IMG/VR virus record: IMGVR_UViG_3300031949_000033 | Coordinates: 1-63,171 of that record | From: a virus | Direction: 5' to 3' (one strand) | Length of the DNA: 63,171 bases | Shown: piece after piece, positions 1-7,729 of the stretch | How the letters are laid out: every line of letters begins with the position of its first letter | How positions within the stretch are numbered: the first letter of the stretch is position 1 | Notes under the pieces: model-generated | What the model saw: the letters and a program-made list of their open reading frames with translations, nothing else | Databases searched by the model: none | What the model was told of the DNA's origin: nothing | Program-made: the position numbers and the translations under genes

Positions 1-559
1 TCGTCGCCGTCGGCGAACCCGTCGGTCCTGCGATGAAGGAGGTCGCTCCACTCGATAGCGATACCGTGTTGCCGCCGCTCACCGAAGATAGCGAGGTGGA
101 GTCCAGCGTCCAGCCGCCGATCGTTCCGAGTCTGGCGATGATGTTGCCGTTGGTGGCGCTCAACGCGAAATTCGTCGTCCCGGCGCCAACGCCCAGGATT
201 CCATCGACTGTCGTCACAACCCCGCTGCCGCCGGTAACCGTCCCTGTCGCGCTGTCCCAGGTCACGTCTCCAACCCGGATACCGGCGTCGAACGTATCGA
301 CATCGATATCCATGATCCCGGTCAGGATGTCGCCGCCCGCCTTGTTCAGTTTGGCGTCAAGCCCTGCCGTCAGCGAGGTCGATGCGTCTCCGGTGAACGT
401 GCCGCCGAACTGGCTGTCAGGATCGTTCGACTTCACCAACCCGCTGGACAAAAACGCCTGCTTGTAGAGATCCCACAGGTATTCGTGGATGCCTCCTATG
501 TCGGCACTGACGTTCCCGGTCAGGCGCGGTGGTTCCTGGAAACTGACGACGTTTGCCAT
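1..559 (-). CDS. Tail fibre, N-terminal part (ATG at 559; frame runs off nt 1 and continues at the window end, see 61616..63171)
   Basis: Manual reverse translation from ATG 559..557 gives MANVVSFQEPPRLTGNVSADIGGIHEYLWDLYKQAF...ARLGTIGGWTLDSTSLSSVSGGNTVSLSSGATSFIAGPTGSPTAT with no stop down to nt 1. Nt 1-72 equal 63100-63171. 559 + 1484 nt (61616..63099) = 681 codons, so the frame closes across the junction. Confidence 0.75.
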   Translation of the reverse strand, partial: MANVVSFQEPPRLTGNVSADIGGIHEYLWDLYKQAFLSSGLVKSNDPDSQFGGTFTGDASTSLTAGLDAKLNKAGGDILTGIMDIDVDTFDAGIRVGDVTWDSATGTVTGGSGVVTTVDGILGVGAGTTNFALSATNGNIIARLGTIGGWTLDSTSLSSVSGGNTVSLSSGATSFIAGPTGSPTAT

Positions 560-561
560 GA

Positions 562-1956
562 TCAGCTCTGCTCGTTTTCTTCAACTTGCACCTGCATGCG
601 TACCAGTTCGACCGGAATGTTGTCGGTCACCATCCATTCGAACTGCCACGTCTTCGCGGCGCCCATCGGGCCGAATTCAAGCGTGTTGTAGGTGTCCCCC
701 GCCGATCCCATGCTCTTCCACTGCCAAGCCGTCCAATACTTGTTGTCGCGCTTGGCTCTCAGGCCAAACAGCGGCGCAGCGCTGTTCTGCGCCACGGCCC
801 CGCGTTTGATGCGGATGCGCACGTTGTTGACCCCAACGTCTCCCCACACGTCGATATGCGCTGTGCGCCCCAGCATTCGCTGCGTGGCACCGTCGTTGGT
901 ATGCGTGGTCGTGACCAGTTCGAGTACCTTGCCGTTGCCGCCCACGAAATGCCGCCCCCACAGGTTCCTGTACGACCAGCCCGGCCAGCGCTGCGGAATC
1001 CCTTGCGTCAGACCGTACAGATTGGACCATCGCCTTGCCCGGTAGTCATAGAGAAACGTCCAGCCCTGCGTGTTGTAGGGATTGGTCGCGTAGGGCATCT
1101 GAAGGATGATGAACTTCTGTCCGTTCACGGCGAGCGATGCCGTCCATGCATCGCGCCAGTCGTCAACGCTTTCCAAGGCGACCCCGATATCGTCGGACTT
1201 CGACTGCCCGGTCTGGCCGACCAAGCGCACGAATTCCTTCTTGCCGTTGACGGCGAAGAAGCCTTGATCCTCGGCGATCAGCGTGTAGGGCGCGTAGACG
1301 CCTTCGCCGGTGGCGTAGCGCCGGTAAAACGGCGTCGATCCCTGCGGCAACGGCTGATAGAGTTCAATGGAATCAGGCCCCACGGTCAGGATTTCGCGGT
1401 ACGGCGTGACGATCATCCCGGTCAGATTGTCCGGCTTGCCGTTGGCAGCGAAAATATCCACAGGGTCCCAACTACCCTCTGCATCCAATGCGGAATGGAA
1501 AAAGTAGCCGGTATGCGGCTCGATCGCCAGCACGTAGCCGTCGATGACGCCGATATGCGTGCTGTTCGGCGCGTCCGCCGAGAGCAGCGATGTCGTGCTG
1601 CCGTTGAACTTGATGATCGGTCCACCGGCCGCCATGAGCAGTGATAGCCCGGTGCGGTCGAACATGACGCGACTGCCGCCGGTAATCGGCACACCAGTCA
1701 CGTCTTCCGCTACCCCGTCCTTGGGGATCCGGTAGAGCCTCGATTGGCTGGCAGCGATCAAATCCCCCTGCCAGTCGTCCAGATAAACCGGGGCGTCTCC
1801 AGGCAGGTCCACAAACTCCGTCAGTCCGGGAAATCTGGTATGCCCCTTGGCATCGTTCAGGTAACTGTTTTCGATGGCCGCCGAGGCGTGACGCAGACTG
1901 GCTTCATCGACATTTAGTACGAGCTTGCCGAAGTCAATGTCCTTAAACTCAGCCAT
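562..1956 (-). CDS. Virion tail-hub-like protein (P22 gp10-like by size, position and overall pattern); ORF-track start 1998, ATG 1956 preferred
   Basis: ORF 562..1998. Met15 (MAEFKDIDFG) lies 4 nt after the tailspike stop. It is about 464 aa and has a repetitive beta-rich body with a C-terminal ...TWQFEWMVTDNIPVELVRMQVQVE. It sits beside a gp4-like adaptor and the tailspike. Family call is from memory only. Confidence 0.5.
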   Translation of the reverse strand: MAEFKDIDFGKLVLNVDEASLRHASAAIENSYLNDAKGHTRFPGLTEFVDLPGDAPVYLDDWQGDLIAASQSRLYRIPKDGVAEDVTGVPITGGSRVMFDRTGLSLLMAAGGPIIKFNGSTTSLLSADAPNSTHIGVIDGYVLAIEPHTGYFFHSALDAEGSWDPVDIFAANGKPDNLTGMIVTPYREILTVGPDSIELYQPLPQGSTPFYRRYATGEGVYAPYTLIAEDQGFFAVNGKKEFVRLVGQTGQSKSDDIGVALESVDDWRDAWTASLAVNGQKFIILQMPYATNPYNTQGWTFLYDYRARRWSNLYGLTQGIPQRWPGWSYRNLWGRHFVGGNGKVLELVTTTHTNDGATQRMLGRTAHIDVWGDVGVNNVRIRIKRGAVAQNSAAPLFGLRAKRDNKYWTAWQWKSMGSAGDTYNTLEFGPMGAAKTWQFEWMVTDNIPVELVRMQVQVEENEQS

Positions 1957-1960
1957 CGGT

Positions 1961-3829
1961 CTATCCCGATGTGACTGTCGCTGCGACGGTCCATTCAAAG
2001 GTCTTGGCTGCCACGCCGGTCACGATGACGCGCACCTTCCCGCCGGTCACACCGAAGATGCAGGCAGTGTTCGCGTCGCTCTCCACGGCTGCGATCAGGC
2101 TCGTAATGGTGCCGAGCAACGCGGCGTTCTGGTGACTCAACACCCCGTTTGCCGCCGCACTTCCCCCTGAATCGTCGGTGATTATTTCGTCGTCCTCGAA
2201 TTCGCCGACTATCTCGCGTAGCGTCAGCGTGCCCGTCACGCCCGCATCGGAGTCCGCAGTGATGGTCGCCGTCGCCCCGGAGGTACCTCCGGTCAGGGTA
2301 TCGCCCAGCGTGAAGTTCACGGTTTGCGCGTCGTAGTTGAGCGTCGAGCCTGTCCGATGCGCACCTTGGCAAATCCTGAATATCGCATAGTCGATGACGT
2401 TTTTGCCGTTGGCAATGACCGTCGCATCGACGACGACACGCTCACCCGGCGCCAGATCGTAGGCCCAGGCTTCCGTTACCGTGGCGTCGGTTGTCGTCCC
2501 GGATGGCCCCGGCGCGTCGTCGATCGAACGCCGCGTGCGCATCCAACGCGTCGTGTCGGTCCCCGCCAGCGTCACGGTATCTGACTCCAGGCAGTCCTGG
2601 ATGATGATCGCGTTATCCACCGATGTCAGCGTATAGGTCCCGGCCAAGAACTCCACGCCGTCGAAACAGATGTCCTGACAGGTGCCGGTGAAGGTCATGT
2701 TCGATGAAATCGTGCCGCCGTGTACCTTGAAGTCGACCACCGTATTTTCAGTGAACGCAGAGGTGTCGCTGCCGTCCTCCACGGTAAGGTCCGTCGTGTT
2801 GCCGCTGAACCAGCAGCGACGCCAGAGATCGGTATGACGCGCCCCGATGATCTTGAGTGCGACTCCCGTATTGTCCGTGAAAGCGACGAAATCCAGCCCG
2901 TTATGCCAGACCTTATCGTCGACGTACTTCAACTCCACACCGACCGTCGTGCAGTTCGACACCTCGCCGCCGGACCAGAGATTGTGCGAGAATTCCGCGG
3001 CGTTGCCGTGCAACAGCGCGCCGTTGGTGCAGGTGTCGATCGAGAGATTCTTCCAGTTGTTGCGCTGCCCGCCCAATGCTTCCAGGCCGGTCACGAAGCG
3101 CTTGACGAGAACATTGTCGAGGACGATGTTGTCGATATCCACTGCGGCCACCCCTACCGAGCCGGCCGTCGTCGTCACGCCGTCGAGGGTGATTTCCCTG
3201 AATCCGCCCAGCGCACCGCTGATCGTGTAGACATCCGATCCCGCCGAGCATTGCAGCACGGTTGCCGACCTGCTCGCCCCTTGGACAACAACGTCCGCCG
3301 GTACGGTGGTTGCGTTGTGCCCGTAGGTGCCGGGCGGAATGACAACGATTCCACCGCCGTAGCCTGTTGCCGCTCCTATGGCCGCGTCCAATGTCGTCGT
3401 GTTCGTCGAGGCCGAATAATTGGGGTCGGTCGTCTCGAGGAAAACGCCGAAATCGGTGACATAGACGTAGCGCGCGAACAACGACGCGATGGTGTGTGCA
3501 GCCGATCCCCCGGTCGCCAAGCCGGTTGCCGCGCTGGCGTCTGCCGCCGAAAGGCTCTGAAGCGGTACGCGTATCTCGCCGCTCGTCTCCGTGGTGTTGA
3601 TGTTGAGCTTGTAGTCGACATCGATGTACAGCGGCGCGGCGAATTTACCGTAGGTGACCGACCCCACGGTTTGCGAACTCAGCGTTTGCGGATTGTCCGC
3701 GGCGACCGATAGCGCCTCATCGGTGTACACGCTCGCCAGCGTTGTCGTACCGGCGAGCCATATCTTCACCGTCGCGCCGGCGTATCCGGCCCGCCAGGTA
3801 TCGAATTCAAGTATGCGGTGTGCCGCCAT
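1961..3829 (-). CDS. Tailspike / depolymerase with pectate-lyase-type right-handed beta-helix
   Basis: 622-aa ORF. It has the cap motif TTLDAAIGAATGYGGGIVVIPPGTYG followed by a long G/N/V/T-rich beta-helix-like region (ITLDGV, VLDNVLV, NLSIDTC, GNAAEFSHN). GGGGG RBS lies before ATG 3829. Confidence 0.8.
   Translation of the reverse strand: MAAHRILEFDTWRAGYAGATVKIWLAGTTTLASVYTDEALSVAADNPQTLSSQTVGSVTYGKFAAPLYIDVDYKLNINTTETSGEIRVPLQSLSAADASAATGLATGGSAAHTIASLFARYVYVTDFGVFLETTDPNYSASTNTTTLDAAIGAATGYGGGIVVIPPGTYGHNATTVPADVVVQGASRSATVLQCSAGSDVYTISGALGGFREITLDGVTTTAGSVGVAAVDIDNIVLDNVLVKRFVTGLEALGGQRNNWKNLSIDTCTNGALLHGNAAEFSHNLWSGGEVSNCTTVGVELKYVDDKVWHNGLDFVAFTDNTGVALKIIGARHTDLWRRCWFSGNTTDLTVEDGSDTSAFTENTVVDFKVHGGTISSNMTFTGTCQDICFDGVEFLAGTYTLTSVDNAIIIQDCLESDTVTLAGTDTTRWMRTRRSIDDAPGPSGTTTDATVTEAWAYDLAPGERVVVDATVIANGKNVIDYAIFRICQGAHRTGSTLNYDAQTVNFTLGDTLTGGTSGATATITADSDAGVTGTLTLREIVGEFEDDEIITDDSGGSAAANGVLSHQNAALLGTITSLIAAVESDANTACIFGVTGGKVRVIVTGVAAKTFEWTVAATVTSG
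2138..2344 (-). repeat. 69-aa shared module, copy in tailspike C-terminal region
   Basis: TLNYDAQTVNFTLGDTLTGGTSGATATITADSDAGVTGTLTLREIVGEFEDDEIITDDSGGSAAANGVL. It includes a near-identical 35-nt stretch (atggtcgccgtcgccccggaggtacc.ccggtcag) shared with 4340..4546. Confidence 0.8.
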
Positions 3830-3838
3830 GCTGGCCCC

Positions 3839-4849
3839 CTAGTGCTTCCAGATCCCGCCGTAGGGTCGCCGGCGCATGCCGCCGCCCTCTCCCCAGCGCG
3901 CCGTCCGCCTGCCCTGCGGCGATACTCGTTCGCGGTTGTAGTGCGCCTCCAACTCCTTGAATATCTTGTCGCGCTCCTTTTTGATCCGCTCCAGTTTCTC
4001 TGACTTCAACTGCCGAATCGGGCCGTCGCCGACTTCCAGCGCGGTCGCCGCCACCATCCATTTCTGGACGACGCGATCGAATCCGTGCGCCGTGTCTCCG
4101 GCGCCGGACTGTACGGAGAGGTCCGTCTTCACGGTCTGCGGATAGGTCATCGCGACCAGCCTGAGCGTGGTCGTCGAGTCCGATGGTACCGGGTAGACGA
4201 AGAGGTTTTGCGTGTTGTTCGCCAGACGGTCGATGTAGATCGCCTCGGGGTCGCCCGTTGCCGTCTTGTCCGGTATTTCCTCGTAGACGCCCCTACGGAT
4301 GATTTCGATAGGCGTGATGGCATCGCTCGCCGAGGACGGCGTTCCGTTCGCCGTAGCGCTGCCGCCCGCCGCATCGGTAATGGTTTCATCGTCCTCGAAG
4401 TCGCCAAAGATGCGCCGCAGCGTCAGCGTGCCGGTTGCGCCGTCATCGTCATCGGCGATAATGGTCGCCGTCGCCCCGGAGGTACCGCCGGTCAGCTTGG
4501 AGCCTACTGTAAAGGCCGCGCTCTGCGCATCGTAGTCGAGCGTCGCCGCCTTGCCGATATACGCCTTCATCGGATAGACGACGCCCAGGTCCGGGAAAGC
4601 ATCGCCGGCGATGGTCGAGAGCAGGTAGTTATCGGTATTCGCCGTCAGCACGAACTCTATCGTCTTCGGAATCAGCCACTGGGCGATGGATGTCCCCGCC
4701 AGCGAGGCGATTTCAATCTCCATGAAGTCCAAGGCGATGAGAAGCAGATTCGAATCTGCTCCGGTATCGCTCGGCGAGTAGGCGCCAACCTTGCGCAGCA
4801 CGAGTTCGCACAACTCTCGTGCAGTGTACAAGCTGACCGGCGTCGTCAT
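3839..4849 (-). CDS. Head-to-tail adaptor, P22 gp4-like N-terminus, with an inserted 69-aa module
   Basis: 336-aa ORF. The N-terminus ARELCELVLRKVGAYSPSDTGADSNLLLIALDFMEIEIASL resembles the gp4-type adaptor helix pattern as I recall it. The gene lies between the capsid genes and the tailspike. Confidence 0.5.
   Translation of the reverse strand: MTTPVSLYTARELCELVLRKVGAYSPSDTGADSNLLLIALDFMEIEIASLAGTSIAQWLIPKTIEFVLTANTDNYLLSTIAGDAFPDLGVVYPMKAYIGKAATLDYDAQSAAFTVGSKLTGGTSGATATIIADDDDGATGTLTLRRIFGDFEDDETITDAAGGSATANGTPSSASDAITPIEIIRRGVYEEIPDKTATGDPEAIYIDRLANNTQNLFVYPVPSDSTTTLRLVAMTYPQTVKTDLSVQSGAGDTAHGFDRVVQKWMVAATALEVGDGPIRQLKSEKLERIKKERDKIFKELEAHYNRERVSPQGRRTARWGEGGGMRRRPYGGIWKH
4340..4546 (-). 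repeat. 69-aa shared module, copy inserted in adaptor-like protein
   Basis: ATLDYDAQSAAFTVGSKLTGGTSGATATIIADDDDGATGTLTLRRIFGDFEDDETITDAAGGSATANGT aligns residue for residue with tailspike aa 496-564. Confidence 0.8.
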
Positions 4850-4864
4850 GGCGCGGCCCTACGC

Positions 4865-5476
4865 TTACGCGGCTTGCCGATCGAGCATCTGTGAGCGCGG
4901 GAACATCTTCTCTGACATCGCCGGCGTCATCTGGTCGGCCGTCAGGTCTCCAGAGGCGATCTTCTCGGCAAGTGCGCGCTCGCCATCGGTCATGCCTTTC
5001 TTGGAGCGATTCCACGCCGTCAGGAAATCCGCGAGTTCCTGATCGCTGGCATCCATCGAGACGTTTTCGCTCCCCGGCAGCACCTTGACGCGCCGCAGCA
5101 ACGCCTCGCGGGAGAGTTCGTCATGCTTGACGACGATCTGGTCGTCGGCGAGCACGGTGATCGGTTTGGATGCGTCGTGTTTGCTGATCGGCTCGATCCT
5201 CGTGCCGCTCGGACCCAGCACCTTGAAGGCGGGATCGCAGAGCAACTTCAGGGCGTGCTCCATGGGCATCTTGCAGGGCTTGCCGGAATACAGTTCGTAG
5301 CTCACGAAGTCGAGTACTTCGATGCGACCGTCGACCGTCTTCGCGGTCTTGGTGATGATTTCGTGCTTGCGCGGCTCCTTGCCCCGCTGGTTCAGATCGT
5401 AGACGTGGTATTCCGGTCGCTTCTCGATCTCCGGTTTTCCGTTGTCCTGTTCTTGCTGCGTGGTCTTGGTCGCCAT
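4865..5476 (-). CDS. Hypothetical protein in the head/tail module
   Basis: 203-aa ORF with AAGGAG RBS (cgaaaggagtagttATG). No recognisable motif. Confidence 0.6.
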   Translation of the reverse strand: MATKTTQQEQDNGKPEIEKRPEYHVYDLNQRGKEPRKHEIITKTAKTVDGRIEVLDFVSYELYSGKPCKMPMEHALKLLCDPAFKVLGPSGTRIEPISKHDASKPITVLADDQIVVKHDELSREALLRRVKVLPGSENVSMDASDQELADFLTAWNRSKKGMTDGERALAEKIASGDLTADQMTPAMSEKMFPRSQMLDRQAA

Positions 5477-5494
5477 AACTACTCCTTTCGTTGG

Positions 5495-5521
5495 AAAAAG
5501 CCCACGGCTCGCGCCGTGGGC
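5495..5521 (-). terminator. Rho-independent terminator (minus strand) after the capsid gene pair
   Basis: Minus-strand RNA reads GCCCACGG-cgcgag-CCGUGGGC followed by UUUUU. It lies in the 84-nt gap between genes 5561..6262 and 4865..5476. Confidence 0.6.
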
Positions 5522-5560
5522 ATGAGGTACCGCCTTGCTGCGCCGCCTTGTTGCCTGCGG

Positions 5561-6262
5561 TTAGTCGAGCGTCGGCGTTCCAGTCGTCATCAACAGGTAC
5601 GGCAGGAAGGCATACGCCTCACCCGTGTCCGCACCCGCCGAGAACGTGAACGTCAAGCTGTCTCCGGCCGCGATGTAGTTCGTGATGGCCGTAATGAGCG
5701 CGCCGTCCACGTCCGCCACCAAACCGGTATTGGTCAGCGACACAGCCGACATCAGACCGTCGGCATCGCCGCCGTCGGCGGGCACCACTTCTCCGGTGCC
5801 TACGTCCAGCGTTTCGGTTGCGTCCGCGGTGTGGACTTTCAGGTGAGGCCACGGCAGGAAGATCATCCCGGTAATGTCGTCCATCCCGGTATCGACTTCC
5901 GTATTGTCACTCACCTGATCGTCGATGCTGATCGGAAGGATGAGCATCTGGCTGCGGTTGCCGCGATCCACGGCGATTTCGTTGACTTCATCCGCCCCGA
6001 CGCTCCACAACTGCACGGAGAAACCCTCGCCGGTCAGGATGAACAAATCGACCGCCGTCAACGTGTTGGCCCCCCAGAACTCGCCGCTTCCCCTGGTGAG
6101 GGAAATCGGGTTGCTCAGGGCGGTACCGTCCTCGTTGTACAGCGTCGCCTTCGCCGGATCGCCTGCAGCGGTGACAGTGCATTTGCCGCCGGCGCCCATG
6201 ATTGCCGGGCCGGAGAACGCACCGATGGGACGATCAACCAGTTGGAATTTGTAGTGCAACAT
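5561..6262 (-). CDS. Hypothetical virion protein immediately downstream of the major capsid gene (possible decoration/auxiliary capsid protein)
   Basis: 233-aa ORF with GGGAGGAG RBS. It is followed by a terminator. The functional suggestion rests on position only. Confidence 0.55.
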   Translation of the reverse strand: MLHYKFQLVDRPIGAFSGPAIMGAGGKCTVTAAGDPAKATLYNEDGTALSNPISLTRGSGEFWGANTLTAVDLFILTGEGFSVQLWSVGADEVNEIAVDRGNRSQMLILPISIDDQVSDNTEVDTGMDDITGMIFLPWPHLKVHTADATETLDVGTGEVVPADGGDADGLMSAVSLTNTGLVADVDGALITAITNYIAAGDSLTFTFSAGADTGEAYAFLPYLLMTTGTPTLD

Positions 6263-6277
6263 GATTGTCTCCTCCCT

Positions 6278-7072
6278 TTAGCTTGCCGCGGCCGCAGTCT
6301 TGACCGACACGATCGAATAGTCTTCGACCGCATTGGCGTCATACCTCGACTTGTACTGAGGCTTGAGCATGCCGATGATGCGTGAAATGCCGATGGCCGG
6401 CCGATTTCCGTAGTCGGTGTTGTCCGACTCGTCCATCCCCGGAGTCCCGTCGTCGAGGCTTGCGAACCCCAACGCCTGCGCGCCCATCAGCAAGGCTTGC
6501 GCGCCGTGCACCGTTCCCGTTGCTCCCCACCGGCTCCCTGAATCCAGGCCAAGGGTGTTGTAGACCTTCTGATGGTCGTAGAGAACGACCTCGTTGATGA
6601 TCTTCTTGGCGTTGGCGAACAGCGGGTTGTTCATGCCGCGCGGCATTGCGGTGGCCTGCAGCGTCTTGTAGTCCGCTGTCTTTTCCAGGTCTCTGCATTG
6701 CTCGGTTGACAGAACCAGAATGTAAAACGACTTCCCGCCTTGGCGAACCGGACGAATCCGCTTGCGCTTAGCGAACGCCTTGGCTTGGGTAACAACGTCC
6801 CAGCTCATGGTGTCGGATGTCGTGAACGTCGCCTCCGATGTCGCCGCCCCGGCATACATCAGCCGGTTCGTCGACGCGGCCACAACGTCTGCGGCGAAGC
6901 TGAGCGACGGAATCTGACTGGTGGCGCGCGTCGAGCCGTCTGTGTTGACGGTGAACGCACGGCCAGCCGACATCAGGAACAGAAGCTCGTCGGCCAGATC
7001 TGCAATCCAGAAGGAAAGCGCGTCTTTCGCCTGCACCCGGAACCGCAGCACGGTCGCTTGCTCGGACATTCT
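6278..7072 (-). CDS. Major capsid protein (N4-gp56-type), exon 2
   Basis: Family-like sequence resumes at RMSEQATVLRFRVQAKDALSFWIADLADELLFLMSAG and runs to ...GAQALLMGAQALGFASL...VKTAAAAS. The first 86 codons of ORF 6278..7330 are not protein-like. Confidence 0.8.
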   Translation of the reverse strand, partial: RMSEQATVLRFRVQAKDALSFWIADLADELLFLMSAGRAFTVNTDGSTRATSQIPSLSFAADVVAASTNRLMYAGAATSEATFTTSDTMSWDVVTQAKAFAKRKRIRPVRQGGKSFYILVLSTEQCRDLEKTADYKTLQATAMPRGMNNPLFANAKKIINEVVLYDHQKVYNTLGLDSGSRWGATGTVHGAQALLMGAQALGFASLDDGTPGMDESDNTDYGNRPAIGISRIIGMLKPQYKSRYDANAVEDYSIVSVKTAAAAS

Positions 7073-7396
7073 CAATGTGTTCACCACGAGTCGCTGGTTC
7101 GTGGCCGTTCCGGAAACCGTGAGTTCCGGAACCGCTGCATGTCGCCATACAGAGCAGACTATATCATCGCCCACGTGGGGCGTTGGGTGCTTCGGGCCGC
7201 TTGGCCCTACGAACTTTCGTTCTAGTCGTTGAACCTTACGATGGCATCGTGCATGTCCATCGTCTCGGCTGCTGATTGTCTGGCATGATATCGCCGCCTG
7301 TTCAGTCATGTGAAGTTGGCGGTATACCATGGCAGAGTTCCCAGCAATTCTCCCAATTTACTCTGCGATTTTCCAATCGCAGGGGGCAAAATGTCT
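7073..7396 (-). mobile_element. Putative ORF-less group I intron interrupting the major capsid gene
   Basis: The 5' exon ends in GGU and the insert ends in UUG. GCCC near the intron 5' end can pair with exon GGGU (U.G pair), giving P1. ACAUUUU pairs with 3' exon AGAAUGU, giving P10. Hairpins include GCGAUU-GGAA-AAUCGC, GAAC-GAAA-GUUC, GGGCC-AAGC-GGCCC, UCCGGAA/UUCCGGA, ACGAUGG/CCAUCGU and CCACGA/UCGUGG. There is an in-frame TAA at 7358-7360. Confidence 0.7.
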
Positions 7397-7717
7397 ACCC
7401 TTCGAGCGCACACCATGGCGAAGCTGATCGATGCGTATGGTTTGGGCGTCGGTGATCAGTGTCGCCTCGTTTCCTTCCAGTTGGTTGTCGCCGACGATAC
7501 CCCCTGAGATATCGCCGACCAGCGGGATGACTGCTTGGGTCCCGCGTTCGGTTTTGGTCAACTCGGTGACCTTGTGAATGGGCCTTGAGGCATCATCGGT
7601 GCTACCACCCATGAAACCGTTGGACATGAAGAAGTTGTCGTCTCTGCCTTGCTTCCTTACGGCAAGGCTCCACGCTTTCTTCTGCAGGTCCGTCAAAGCC
7701 CCGAAGTCTGTAAGCAT
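7397..7717 (-). CDS. Major capsid protein (N4-gp56-type), exon 1
   Basis: MLTDFGALTDLQKKAWSLAVRKQGRDDNFFMSNGFMGG...VTELTKTERGTQAVIPLVGDISGGIVGDNQLEGNEATLITDAQTIRIDQLRHGVRSKG matches my memory of the N4-gp56 capsid family N-terminus. GGAGAA RBS. Exons 1 and 2 joined give 371 aa. Confidence 0.8.
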
Positions 7718-7729
7718 GTTGTTCTCCGG

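Noticed and set aside
33-467. 144-aa plus-strand ORF at the start of the window.
   Set aside because: It is antisense to the N-terminal part of the tail-fibre gene, which has an ATG at 559 and repeat motifs continuous with the 61616..63076 ORF across the circular junction.
2138-4546. Duplicated 69-aa module considered as the template/variable repeat pair of a diversity-generating retroelement.
   Set aside because: No reverse transcriptase gene is present anywhere in the window. Differences between the two copies are not restricted to adenine positions.
6278-7330. First 86 codons of ORF 6278..7330, and the last 12 codons of ORF 7358..7717, as real coding sequence.
   Set aside because: They are read-through into the putative intron. 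The sequences MVYRQLHMTEQAAISCQTISSRDDGHARCH... and ...HFAPCDWKIAE are not capsid-like.
7073-7396. Capsid gene as a frameshifted pseudogene or sequencing error.
   Set aside because: The interruption is a clean 324-nt insertion between residues that are contiguous in the family. It has U/G splice-site nucleotides, P1/P10 pairing potential and many stable hairpins. A simple indel would not add 324 nt.
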